The position numbers were made by a program, and so were the translations under genes. The notes beneath the pieces were generated by a model, which was not told the DNA's origin, did no database searches, and saw nothing but the letters and a program-made list of their open reading frames with translations. Shown here one piece after another: positions 27,688-36,508 of a stretch of 50,335 nucleotides of DNA (the stretch's first letter is position 1; every line of letters starts with the position of its first letter). Source of the stretch: a virus; IMG/VR virus record IMGVR_UViG_3300009537_000021, positions 1-50,335 of that record, one strand, 5' to 3'.

Positions 27688-28526
27688 TACTTTACCTCCT
27701 TGGTGGCGTTGATTCTCCGTACTAATTTAGGTACGGTGACATTGTATGACCGAGAGGGGAAGGTCTTGGAACTATGAATGTCCTCTCTTACCCCTACAGG
27801 CCACTCGGCATGCTTGAATACCATGCCGTACTTCAATACTGTTTGGTCGATGTCTCCCGAGTCGTCCTCCTCTATGATGGTGCGGGCAATAATGCTCGGC
27901 TGTGCCAGAATTGTTGATCGAACGGATGGAGTTAGATCGGGCACGAAATCCGACCCCGCTTTTATTGCCTGCTCCTCGCCCAGTGATCGCTCCTGAGCGG
28001 TGTAGATGAGATGGAGACCTCGCTCTGAGCAGACGGATGCTAGATCCTCCATGTATTCATTCATCATGGAACCTACTCGACCCCATGTTCTTTGGTCTGT
28101 AGTCCCCTTCGGTCTGAACTCGTCACGGATTTCTTCATCCTTGTTAATGTGACGGACAGCCATACGCAGCAAGGCTGTGGTTGTATCTACGCCCACTGTC
28201 TTCCTGTCATGGTCTGCATACCTGAGGTAGTACAGAAAGTCGGCAGCGTGCTTCCATCTAGCGGTGACGTAGTGACCACGCTCATCCACAGGGAAGACTT
28301 GAACATCGGGGTAGTGCCTGATTGTCTCGGTGCCATCTTCGCAGGCGAACACAATAGGTTTGGGACCCGAACCGATGAGGGCTGTCTTGCCTGATTTCTG
28401 ACGACCCCATACCAGCATGTTCAGGTACCTCTGGATATCTGAAGCGGGTTTGATGAATGCCTCAATGCTGGCTAACTTCTGGATGCGTTTGGTGTTGGCT
28501 TTCATGGGCTTGTTAATTGTCGCCAC
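27687..28526 (-). CDS. AAA_24/Sak4-like RecA-fold ATPase, 279 aa
   Basis: Walker A VWGRQKSGKTALIG; a typical partner of DUF669 and Cas4-like nuclease genes. Confidence 0.7.
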   Translation of the reverse strand: MATINKPMKANTKRIQKLASIEAFIKPASDIQRYLNMLVWGRQKSGKTALIGSGPKPIVFACEDGTETIRHYPDVQVFPVDERGHYVTARWKHAADFLYYLRYADHDRKTVGVDTTTALLRMAVRHINKDEEIRDEFRPKGTTDQRTWGRVGSMMNEYMEDLASVCSERGLHLIYTAQERSLGEEQAIKAGSDFVPDLTPSVRSTILAQPSIIARTIIEEDDSGDIDQTVLKYGMVFKHAEWPVGVREDIHSSKTFPSRSYNVTVPKLVRRINATKEVK

Positions 28527-29535
28527 GTCCTAGCCCCCTTCCTCTTACATAGTCACTAGGCTGGTACTTACTTCTCCTCATGAACTTGCTGTCCTGACCC
28601 ATGAGTTCTAGTAGGCACAAGTCGTGGTAGTCACAGTCCCATCCACAAGAGGGGATCATGGTTCTGACCCAAGGGTCTACGTCCCCCTCCTCGTGGAGCT
28701 CGTGCCAGTTTTCTATCTCCTGAGCTGTGATGCCGAACTCAATAACCTGTCGGTCGATGAGTGCCTGGTCCTTGATGATCTTGGACCGCTTGAAGTAATT
28801 GTTTTGTAGGCGTAGGTTCTTGAGTCTCTCCCGCCAATCATCAGGCAGATTTCTCACGGCTGACACATCGTAATACTCCAAGAGGAACTTAGCCATCGTT
28901 GGGTAGTCGGTGTCGATTCGCCTCTTACTTATCGAACCATCCTTGTTAATGCTGGGCAAGGTGGGTGACTTGCGCCGTATGTAGTTGAAGATAAAGCCTT
29001 TGATGTCTAAGTCCATACCCTCACGGAGAGCCCAAGGATATAGCGTGGACTGTAGGTCCTCTAATCGCCACTCCCCAGAGGGTATGGACTTAACGGTCTT
29101 GTGATCTACCACCCATATGTCTCGGGCGGGGGTCGAGTTGTCCCTGACAATCAGGTCAGGTATGAAGGTGAACTGATCCCCCTCCTCGAACTCCACATTG
29201 AACTGCTCCTCAACGTACAGAACCTCCCAGTCTGCTTCCTCTTTGCGATAGTGCCAGAGGTATGCTTCCATCATGCGCTCAGCCATGCCCGCTAAGTCAC
29301 CGTAAAACTCTCGCTCTTCCAGGAACAGGTTGTTGAATTTCTTTACCTGTCTAGCCTGTGCCTTTCGCCAGTCTTCCCCGTTATAGTGGGCGGCCATCAA
29401 CTCATGGAACCAAGAGCCCAGCTTTAACTTCTCGTCTGGTAGTCGGGGCTCCAGTTTCTCTACGATGGAGTAGAAATACTGGCGTTTGCACCTGCGGAAT
29501 TTCTTGACCGCAGAGTGGGAAATCTTTAGTGGCAC
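28513..29535 (-). CDS. PD-(D/E)XK exonuclease, Cas4/AddB-like with Fe-S cysteines, 340 aa
   Basis: IPDLIV ... VVDHKTVK nuclease core; one N-terminal Cys (RRCKRQY) plus C-terminal CGWDCDYHDLC. Confidence 0.75.
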   Translation of the reverse strand: MPLKISHSAVKKFRRCKRQYFYSIVEKLEPRLPDEKLKLGSWFHELMAAHYNGEDWRKAQARQVKKFNNLFLEEREFYGDLAGMAERMMEAYLWHYRKEEADWEVLYVEEQFNVEFEEGDQFTFIPDLIVRDNSTPARDIWVVDHKTVKSIPSGEWRLEDLQSTLYPWALREGMDLDIKGFIFNYIRRKSPTLPSINKDGSISKRRIDTDYPTMAKFLLEYYDVSAVRNLPDDWRERLKNLRLQNNYFKRSKIIKDQALIDRQVIEFGITAQEIENWHELHEEGDVDPWVRTMIPSCGWDCDYHDLCLLELMGQDSKFMRRSKYQPSDYVRGRGLGRGDN

Positions 29536-29588
29536 GTTGCTCCTTGGTGATGCGCTGCAAACTCATTGTAATATACCGGGACAGTTTC

Positions 29589-32072
29589 TCAAACCTCGAC
29601 AGAATCTTCGGACCAGTGGTCACCTACCTTTACATCGGCTACGATAGGCACGGTCAATATGCAATCAAAGAGCCGTTCCAGTGGTACGTTCTCCATGGTG
29701 TCTCTTATAACCGGCACCCATTTATCAACCTTGTCCTCCCGTATCTCAAACAAGATGGAGTCATGAACGGTGGAGATTAACTTTGCCTCAGTTTCAGGGA
29801 GCCGCTTCTCCAGTTGTATCATGGCGAGGAGCATCATATCTGATGCCAGACTCTGGACAGGACTGTTGATGGCCTGCCTCTCTGCTTCGGCCCTGATCCC
29901 CTCATTAGTGCTGTGGATATCATGAAGCCTGCGCTTCCGCCCGATGGATGACATCACATAGCCATTCTTCTTGGCCTTGTTTCTCTGACGGTTATGCCAG
30001 CCCTGTAACGAGCGGAATGTCTGGAAAAACTCTTTGCGGTATTTCTGTGCCTCTGCATCGGTGACGTCCAGTTCGTAGTTCTCCTTGGCGTACTCGGTGA
30101 AGTGTTTCCAGCCCATACCATAGAGGAAGCCGAAGTTCACAGCCTTAGCTTGCTTGCGTTCCTCTGCGGTTATCTCTTCCTCAGGCTTACCCAGCACAGA
30201 CATGGCGGTCTCCATGTGGACATCACGACCTGTGTTGAAGATCCTAAGCAGGGTACTGTCCTGTGAGTAGTGAGCGGCCAGTCTCATCTCTGCCTGTGAG
30301 TAGTCAGCCTCGACTATCTTCCAGCCCGGTACCCCACCGATGATGCCACGGATAAAGACGTTACGGGGCACCTGTTGGAGGTTTGGGTTCTCGGAAGACA
30401 GACGCCCCGTAACAGTATGGTATGGTTTAAAGTGGGTATGCAGCCGTCCACCTGAGTCAGCGAGACTAGGCCAAGGTGTTAGATAACGGCTGCTATACCC
30501 ACGCCATTGACGATAGGCTAGAATGTCATCTAATATGCCTGTATCGTCTAAGGTTTTAAGACGGATGAGAACACCCTCTCTGGTGCTAGGTTTCCCGGTG
30601 GCGGTTCTCTCTACCACAGGAAGACCAAGTCTGTCAAACAGAATATTGGCAAGTTGCTGAGTGGATCCGATGTTGAATTCCCAGCCTGCTTTTTCCCAGA
30701 CCTGTTCCTGAAACTTTGTGGCTCTCTGCTCACACTCAACTACTCGTTCCTCAAGCCTAGGCATATCTAATGGCACGCCTCGGAGCTCCATCTCAGTTAA
30801 GGTAACGTCTGCGGGGTGAAGCAATCGCTTGTAGAGCCGATGACTAAGCGGGTCAGCCTTTAAGATTCGTTCGGTGAGGGCTTTGAGTCTGAAGGTGTAG
30901 TCAGAATCCATGCCCCCGTACTCAGCCAGAGTTTGTAGATCGGCATTGTATATGTCGGTCTTGTCTACCATCTCTTTGTACTCAGGTGCACCCAGGTGTA
31001 CCATCGCTAGGTACCCTAGACTCTTGAGGTTGTTCTCGTCCTGAGCATATGTGGCACCCATAGTGTCATAGCTGTGGCGAACATGAATCCCGATCATTTC
31101 AAGGCACTTGGAGTCATACTTACCGTTGTGCATGATCCATCGAGGAACTTCTTCCATGTATGGCTTGATGATATCCCTGACCTGAGTCCAGTCTTTCCAC
31201 CTTGCTTGGCTGTGGTCAAGAGCTAGGACATACGAGTAGCCCGGACGGAATGAGAGGTTGATCGTGCTGACCTTGAAGTCATCTGCCCACCAGGCAAGAC
31301 CACCACCCTTGAATCTACCAACCTTAGGATGACTCGACCATGTCTCGACGTCCACAGAGACTAACTGTGGTTCCTTCCGGAACTCGTCTAGTAGCTGGCT
31401 TAGAGACTCCTTATCATTGACTAAGGTGGTGCTGGTCTCTGGAATTCCTTCTTCATTCCTCAGCAACCTGCTGAAGATTAGCAGGGCTTGATGGAAGGGT
31501 TGCTTGTATCGGGGGTTCCTTAGTACCGCAGCGGGATGGAAGGCGAACACCCACTTGGTGCCGTACTTCTCCTCAATCGTACCATTAAGGGCGGTTATTC
31601 CTTTTCGCCCGAGGATCGCTTGACAGCCTCCATTGCCCAAGACAAGACCGAATTGGGGTCGGATAGCTTCGATTTCTCTGGATAGGTATGTACCTGAGCA
31701 GGTTCTGATTTCGGCAGCAGTTGGGGTTCGGTTATCGTCGGGTCGGCACTTGACACCGTTGGTGACAAAAAACCAATCCCGCTTGAGGCCCACTTCTTCA
31801 AGAGTTTGGTCGAGTAACTTTCCTGCACGCCCTGAGAATAGTCTGCCTGTGGTTTCCTCATTATAACCTGGGGCCTCACCTATGATGAACGGACGTATCT
31901 GGGATCCCGATACTCTCAGACCTTTGGTCGGGCTGTTGACTGGGATGCAGACTCGTTCCGTCTCCTGATGCAGCTTGCACTTCTGGCATGAAGGGTCCGT
32001 AAGGGCCTGTAATTCTGATGCCAGCTTGTGCAAGTTCACCGATGCCTCTGGCGTCTCGGTAGTCATGCTCAT
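29589..32072 (-). CDS. polA: Family A DNA polymerase with 3'-5' exonuclease, fused to an N-terminal family-4 uracil-DNA glycosylase domain, 827 aa
   Basis: UDG: CQKC, GEAPG, CRP-x13-C, HPAAVLR. Exo: VDVETWS, HNGKYD, YGGMDSD. Pol: EADYSQAEMRLAAH, RKQAKAVNFGFLYGMG, VHDS. SD GAGGAGGTG upstream of ATG 32072. Confidence 0.9.
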   Translation of the reverse strand: MSMTTETPEASVNLHKLASELQALTDPSCQKCKLHQETERVCIPVNSPTKGLRVSGSQIRPFIIGEAPGYNEETTGRLFSGRAGKLLDQTLEEVGLKRDWFFVTNGVKCRPDDNRTPTAAEIRTCSGTYLSREIEAIRPQFGLVLGNGGCQAILGRKGITALNGTIEEKYGTKWVFAFHPAAVLRNPRYKQPFHQALLIFSRLLRNEEGIPETSTTLVNDKESLSQLLDEFRKEPQLVSVDVETWSSHPKVGRFKGGGLAWWADDFKVSTINLSFRPGYSYVLALDHSQARWKDWTQVRDIIKPYMEEVPRWIMHNGKYDSKCLEMIGIHVRHSYDTMGATYAQDENNLKSLGYLAMVHLGAPEYKEMVDKTDIYNADLQTLAEYGGMDSDYTFRLKALTERILKADPLSHRLYKRLLHPADVTLTEMELRGVPLDMPRLEERVVECEQRATKFQEQVWEKAGWEFNIGSTQQLANILFDRLGLPVVERTATGKPSTREGVLIRLKTLDDTGILDDILAYRQWRGYSSRYLTPWPSLADSGGRLHTHFKPYHTVTGRLSSENPNLQQVPRNVFIRGIIGGVPGWKIVEADYSQAEMRLAAHYSQDSTLLRIFNTGRDVHMETAMSVLGKPEEEITAEERKQAKAVNFGFLYGMGWKHFTEYAKENYELDVTDAEAQKYRKEFFQTFRSLQGWHNRQRNKAKKNGYVMSSIGRKRRLHDIHSTNEGIRAEAERQAINSPVQSLASDMMLLAMIQLEKRLPETEAKLISTVHDSILFEIREDKVDKWVPVIRDTMENVPLERLFDCILTVPIVADVKVGDHWSEDSVEV

Positions 32073-32400
32073 AAATCACCTCCTCAATCCCGGCATTAAT
32101 AACGAGCCGGGCGCAGGTCAAGCATGGGGAGTGAGTCAGGTAGAGCGAAGCCCCGTCTGTGGACACTCCGTGCTTGGCTGCAAAAGCTATGGTGTTTGCC
32201 TCGGCGTGAACTGCCCGCTCGCAAGGGCGATCATCGTCAGGCTGATGGAAACAGTGAGGCATGCCACTGGCAGCCCCGTTGTAACCTACCGAGATAATTC
32301 TCCTGGCATATACCAACACGGCCCCAACTTGTAGCCTCTCACAGGTGCTTGACTCGGCAACTACTTGAGCTATACGGATAAACTGTTGGTCAGAAAGCAC
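31876..32400 (-). CDS. dCMP deaminase (cytidine/deoxycytidylate deaminase fold), 174 aa
   Basis: HAEANTI and PCLTCARLV zinc motifs; GTG start. The C-terminal 65 codons overlap the polymerase gene. Confidence 0.85.
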   Translation of the reverse strand: MLSDQQFIRIAQVVAESSTCERLQVGAVLVYARRIISVGYNGAASGMPHCFHQPDDDRPCERAVHAEANTIAFAAKHGVSTDGASLYLTHSPCLTCARLVINAGIEEVIYEHDYRDARGIGELAQAGIRITGPYGPFMPEVQAASGDGTSLHPSQQPDQRSESIGIPDTSVHHR

Positions 32401-33199
32401 TAGACAACCTCCTATTCATTTCGGTCTTGTATTCCCTCTCCAATCGGCCTTGCTCATCGGCAAACACATGAAGGTTGGCAATGTGCATGTGAAGGGTGCT
32501 AGGTATATAAGGCTCTGCATCTAGGTATTGGTCATTCATCTTATCCACTACCCACTGAAGCAAACGACCCGCCATGAACACATCGTCGGCTAGGTACCTA
32601 AAGAAGTCACAGGATCGCATGAAGTAGGTCATTGATACCCGGTTGCCTGTAATCACCTGAAAGTGGTAACCAAGAGTGCATGGCACTCGCTGACCTCTCT
32701 CTGCGGCAGCTAAATCCTCTGGAAACCAGATCGGCAAATAAGCCTGACGAGTCATAGGTCTATCTCTTAGGAGTTGAACCAGATCATTCAAGTCACCGTA
32801 TTCAAACCTAATACCCCATCTAGGTATATCGGAATCGTCTACAGCGGGCCAGAATCTCTCCATGTAGGTATGACTGAAAGTACCGACCTCTTTGTGCTCC
32901 TCGACACCTTGCTCGTACCACGGCCAGTTCTTGTACTGTTCGCCGGGGTTCAGAGGCTTGCCACCCACCCTCTCTTGGAAATGATCCTCAGCCCACGGGA
33001 GATTGGGGTCGATCATCTCGGCCCAACCTTCTCTACTCTCAGGTACAGGCACAGAGAAGTTGGAGTTGTGGATTTCCGTGACCCTGACTTGTGGTCTGTT
33101 GTTCAAGGATTGCCATTCACCCCTGTCTAGTGTGGTGCTCTCATTCAAGAGGGCAAACCTCATTTGTTGCAGAACACCTGAAAAAGGCTCAAGGGGCAT
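32390..33199 (-). CDS. Thymidylate-synthase-superfamily pyrimidine C5-transferase, dCMP-hydroxymethylase-like, 269 aa
   Basis: TRQAYLPIWFPEDL...VPCTLGYHFQV...FMRSCDFFRYLADDVF...HMHIANLHVF aligns with the ThyA / T4 gp42 core blocks; AGGAGAAGCGT-ATG start. Confidence 0.75.
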   Translation of the reverse strand: MPLEPFSGVLQQMRFALLNESTTLDRGEWQSLNNRPQVRVTEIHNSNFSVPVPESREGWAEMIDPNLPWAEDHFQERVGGKPLNPGEQYKNWPWYEQGVEEHKEVGTFSHTYMERFWPAVDDSDIPRWGIRFEYGDLNDLVQLLRDRPMTRQAYLPIWFPEDLAAAERGQRVPCTLGYHFQVITGNRVSMTYFMRSCDFFRYLADDVFMAGRLLQWVVDKMNDQYLDAEPYIPSTLHMHIANLHVFADEQGRLEREYKTEMNRRLSSAF

Positions 33200-34037
33200 A
33201 CGCTTCTCCTAGTTTCTCGAAGGTCAATTCACTGGTGTGTACAGAGGGGACGAGAATGCCATTCTGATACTCCTCATACCTCTTACGGATACGACGGAAG
33301 GGGCCATAGATTTCTTCGGCTACTGTCTTGCCTGACTCCTCGAATTCCAGCACCTTCCACCACCAACGTGAGATGGACTTCCATGTGGGGTAGGTCTCTG
33401 CATATTCCTCTAACTTATCTCGGTCAGAGAGTACCTTCATTAGATCAGGCTGGGTATACAGGTAGGGCAAACACTTGAAGGAATGGAGCTGGGTAACGTC
33501 AAGATGCCACTGCACTCGTATGAGGCTCGGATCAGGGGAGATTTCTCTTGCCAGTACATGTACAAGCCCCATATCCATGCCAAGCATATATCCGTTGTAA
33601 GAGACCCTACTATGGATAGTAAGAGTGGGTCGGACACTAGAACTTGGTGAACCTCGAAACGTTGCTGCCATAAGACAGTTTCCCCATTTGTGGCGGCGGA
33701 GGTCACCTCTACGCTCAACCGGACGGAAAGGCATGTTCGTGATGACACCTTTACCTCCTTTGTTTTTATCCGTGAATATCTCACGGGCGTTCTGGACAAA
33801 TAGAGTCAAGTCCACAGGGTCTATGTACTCTCGGATTAGTCTAGTCCAACGAGCTTTATTAAGCCATAACTCCCGGAAATTGAAGTCATAGTCCGCTGAC
33901 TCCACTTCGAGGATGACGTTGTATAGATTGGTACCTATACCTAGGTAAAGGTCAACTTCCTCTTTGTAAAGGTGCCAACGGACTACGTCGTGCCAGAGTT
34001 GAGTGAGGTCGGGAGCTCTTAGTACCTTGAAAGTCAC
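33189..34037 (-). CDS. Hypothetical protein, 282 aa (faint TS-fold-like pattern)
   Basis: GTGA coupling to mazG. GNCLMAATF...IHSRVSYNGYMLGMDMGLVHVL weakly parallels the TS Cys and RS.D blocks, but the key residues are not conserved. Confidence 0.6.
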   Translation of the reverse strand: MTFKVLRAPDLTQLWHDVVRWHLYKEEVDLYLGIGTNLYNVILEVESADYDFNFRELWLNKARWTRLIREYIDPVDLTLFVQNAREIFTDKNKGGKGVITNMPFRPVERRGDLRRHKWGNCLMAATFRGSPSSSVRPTLTIHSRVSYNGYMLGMDMGLVHVLAREISPDPSLIRVQWHLDVTQLHSFKCLPYLYTQPDLMKVLSDRDKLEEYAETYPTWKSISRWWWKVLEFEESGKTVAEEIYGPFRRIRKRYEEYQNGILVPSVHTSELTFEKLGEAYAP

Positions 34038-34351
34038 CCGGTCTCCGGTTCTTTGTTCCAGTCACGTTTGCTTACCTCTTCCCATGCTCGGCTTACTTCC
34101 CAAGCTAGGTTGAAATCATTGGTATTGCAGTAACTGGCAAGGTAGATCACGATATCCCCAATTGCATCACCAGCCTTATCTTGGTACTCGTCATCAGTCA
34201 TACCACGAATACCTTGCTGGTGCTTTAGGTGGGCGTGCGCTAACTCACCCACTTCCTCCGCAAGCCCCAGCAAGGCATCGTGGGGCTGCTGATCTGGAAA
34301 ATTGTATGAGAGCCATCTTTTGTGGGCCCTCTGTAGTTCGGACAAAAGCAT
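34034..34351 (-). CDS. mazG: MazG-like all-alpha nucleoside triphosphate pyrophosphohydrolase, 105 aa
   Basis: GLAEEVGELAHAH and GDAIGDIVIYLASY metal-binding helices. Confidence 0.75.
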   Translation of the reverse strand: MLLSELQRAHKRWLSYNFPDQQPHDALLGLAEEVGELAHAHLKHQQGIRGMTDDEYQDKAGDAIGDIVIYLASYCNTNDFNLAWEVSRAWEEVSKRDWNKEPETG

Positions 34352-34647
34352 TAGTAATCCATGATCCTTTCATATACCACAAGATAACCGTGCATATCTA
34401 TAAGGTTGTCTTCCTTGTGACGAGTCAGTTCCCGACCCATCTTGAATAACACCATCATAAGAGCTACGTCCTCAGCGCCGATAGGTAAATCAAGGTAAGC
34501 AGACCAAAGCTGGGCTGTTTTCTCGGTAGAAGGACCATAGGCGTTATTTCTAGCCTCTGTGACCTTGATAGCCTGCTCTACGGCAGTGGGTTTTCGCTGA
34601 CTCATAAAGTGATTGTAATATACCCCAGCTTTCGAGCGCAACCTCAT
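34351..34647 (-). CDS. DUF6378-like phage protein, 98 aa
   Basis: The pattern YGPSTEKTAQLWSAYL...DVALMMVLFKMGRE...NLIDMHGY resembles this family as I remember it. Confidence 0.45.
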   Translation of the reverse strand: MRLRSKAGVYYNHFMSQRKPTAVEQAIKVTEARNNAYGPSTEKTAQLWSAYLDLPIGAEDVALMMVLFKMGRELTRHKEDNLIDMHGYLVVYERIMDY

Positions 34648-36125
34648 TTACCGAACAGGACGGCAGGGTTGTCCATCACCATTCGCTCGATGTCCTTCTT
34701 CTGTCTGAGGGCGTCCAGGATAAGAGAATCGACCGAGTTTCTGACCTGAAGGTGGTAGAAGGTGACGGGTCTGGATTGCCCGACTCGATCAAGTCTACCT
34801 CTAGCTTGGTTCCAGTGGATGAGGGAGTAATCCGTACTGTAAAAGATTCCGTATGAACAGGCGTGTTGTATGCCATCTAATGCCTCCGCTGCTGCAACTT
34901 GTATTACCAGGGCTTGTGAAGGTCGTTGAAACGCCTTAATTGCCGTTGCTCTTTGGCTGCTTGATACGCCTCCTCGTATTTGATGAGGTATATAGAACTT
35001 GGAAGCGGCGACGGATATCGCATCCATTTCCGCAAGAAACCGTGCAAATATAACCACGTTTTGACCCGCTGAGGCCAGATCCTCAAGTAGATCGGTAAGT
35101 ATTCGTATTTTCTCGGTCTGGAGCTCAACGACATCTCCTTGGTCGTCATGTACCCATCCTCCTGTCATTTGTTGTAGGCGTAGTAGTTTGGTAAGTGGTA
35201 TAGGGGCTTCAATCATGTGGCGCTTATGAACCACCACCCCATCTTTGGCAAATATGTCATAGACCCGGCGAGCGGTGCGATTCAATTCCACAGGAACAAC
35301 AGTATCGGTGACTTTAGGCATATCGTGTATGTCCTCTTTGCGAGCCGACCTGATCTGTGGTGTATATCTCGCCTCAAGATCATCGAGGTTCAAGTAACCT
35401 TTCAACTCGTACCCTGTGCGTCCTCCCCATATGGCATAATTGCCCTTGAACTCAGTCCACGACATATTTCCCGTCCTAGTCCAGTTAGCTTTCCATACTC
35501 GAGGATCTAAGGCTTTCAACTGGGAGTATATGTCTAGGTGATTCTTCCCGATAGGGGTGCCAGTGAGTAGTAGGACGTAAGAGGAGCGCCCACAGATGTA
35601 GTGGGATGCCTTACTTTGCTTGGCTGTAGCGTTCTTAACGTGGTGGGACTCGTCTAGGATCACAATCTCTGGATTGAACTCCTCGATAGCCTTCATGATG
35701 TCCCACTTTTTGTCCCGCTTTATGACGGCCGAGTAGTTGAGAATCAGGATGGTTAGCTCGGAATCCCCAGGGGTCCATGATCGTATCTGTTCTGCCTTAT
35801 TTGCAATCGTTCCACTAGGGATGAGAACTGTGTAGGTGATGTCGGGGTGTACATGAATATCGGCCTGAGCATCCCACACCTGGATTGCGTTAATTGGGCA
35901 GAGTACGAGAACACGCCTTTGTTGGCGGTGCAGAAAGAGAGTGGATATGAAGTCATAGCCAGCTTTAGTCTTCCCTGTGCCGGGGTCCCAGAATAGTGCA
36001 CCACCTTTATCTCCTATATCTAAGCCGTCGTTGTCGGTCTTCCTCCACAGCCATACTAACCCCTTGCGTTGGTGTGCAAATGGCTTTACTGCTGGCTTGT
36101 ACTTCACCCTTCTCGGCTCTTCCAA
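34644..36125 (-). CDS. SNF2-family DEAD/H helicase, 493 aa
   Basis: GTGKT, ILDESHHVKN (DExH), and C-terminal helicase block RGRLDRVGQ. Starts at TTG, or at a GTG 18 nt downstream. Confidence 0.85.
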   Translation of the reverse strand: MEEPRRVKYKPAVKPFAHQRKGLVWLWRKTDNDGLDIGDKGGALFWDPGTGKTKAGYDFISTLFLHRQQRRVLVLCPINAIQVWDAQADIHVHPDITYTVLIPSGTIANKAEQIRSWTPGDSELTILILNYSAVIKRDKKWDIMKAIEEFNPEIVILDESHHVKNATAKQSKASHYICGRSSYVLLLTGTPIGKNHLDIYSQLKALDPRVWKANWTRTGNMSWTEFKGNYAIWGGRTGYELKGYLNLDDLEARYTPQIRSARKEDIHDMPKVTDTVVPVELNRTARRVYDIFAKDGVVVHKRHMIEAPIPLTKLLRLQQMTGGWVHDDQGDVVELQTEKIRILTDLLEDLASAGQNVVIFARFLAEMDAISVAASKFYIPHQIRGGVSSSQRATAIKAFQRPSQALVIQVAAAEALDGIQHACSYGIFYSTDYSLIHWNQARGRLDRVGQSRPVTFYHLQVRNSVDSLILDALRQKKDIERMVMDNPAVLFGK

Positions 36126-36508
36126 GCATTGAGTACCTCATTAGACACTACCACTCGGATTGTGCCATCTTCACCCTCATAGAGTTGCCAAGGGTCAGGG
36201 TATCTCTTAGCTATGGCAACGATGTCCTGAGTACGCTGGTCTAGCTCATTGACATTGAGGGCCTGGGTATCACCGTTGATGTCACGGTACATTACCGTAG
36301 TGCGAGGAGAGGGGGGTGTCTCCGCACTAGAATCACCCTCCTCTACCACGCTATCCCATTCTAATGCTGCCTCATTTGTCTCGGACCTGACCCCTCTAAT
36401 TAGATCCTCATTATCTATCTGAGGTGTAGTCACGATGGCAAGTATCTGCTGGACCATTTTTCTAGTCCGTACTAGCTCTTCCATTATGGTTTCATATTGC
36501 GTTGGCAT
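36104..36508 (-). CDS. Hypothetical protein, 134 aa
   Basis: AGGAGA SD 7 nt upstream of the ATG; no family recognised. Confidence 0.55.
   Translation of the reverse strand: MPTQYETIMEELVRTRKMVQQILAIVTTPQIDNEDLIRGVRSETNEAALEWDSVVEEGDSSAETPPSPRTTVMYRDINGDTQALNVNELDQRTQDIVAIAKRYPDPWQLYEGEDGTIRVVVSNEVLNAWKSREG

Noticed and set aside
33189-34037. A flavin-dependent thymidylate synthase (ThyX), suggested by the RRHKWGN segment.
   Set aside because: The segment does not match the RHRxxS ThyX signature, and the rest of the protein shows no ThyX-like pattern.
34034-34647. A Z-genome (2-aminoadenine) pathway, suggested by MazG plus a DUF6378-like dNTP-hydrolase-associated gene.
   Set aside because: The genome has no PurZ/adenylosuccinate-synthetase-like gene and no HD-domain dATPase. 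The neighbours are pyrimidine enzymes.
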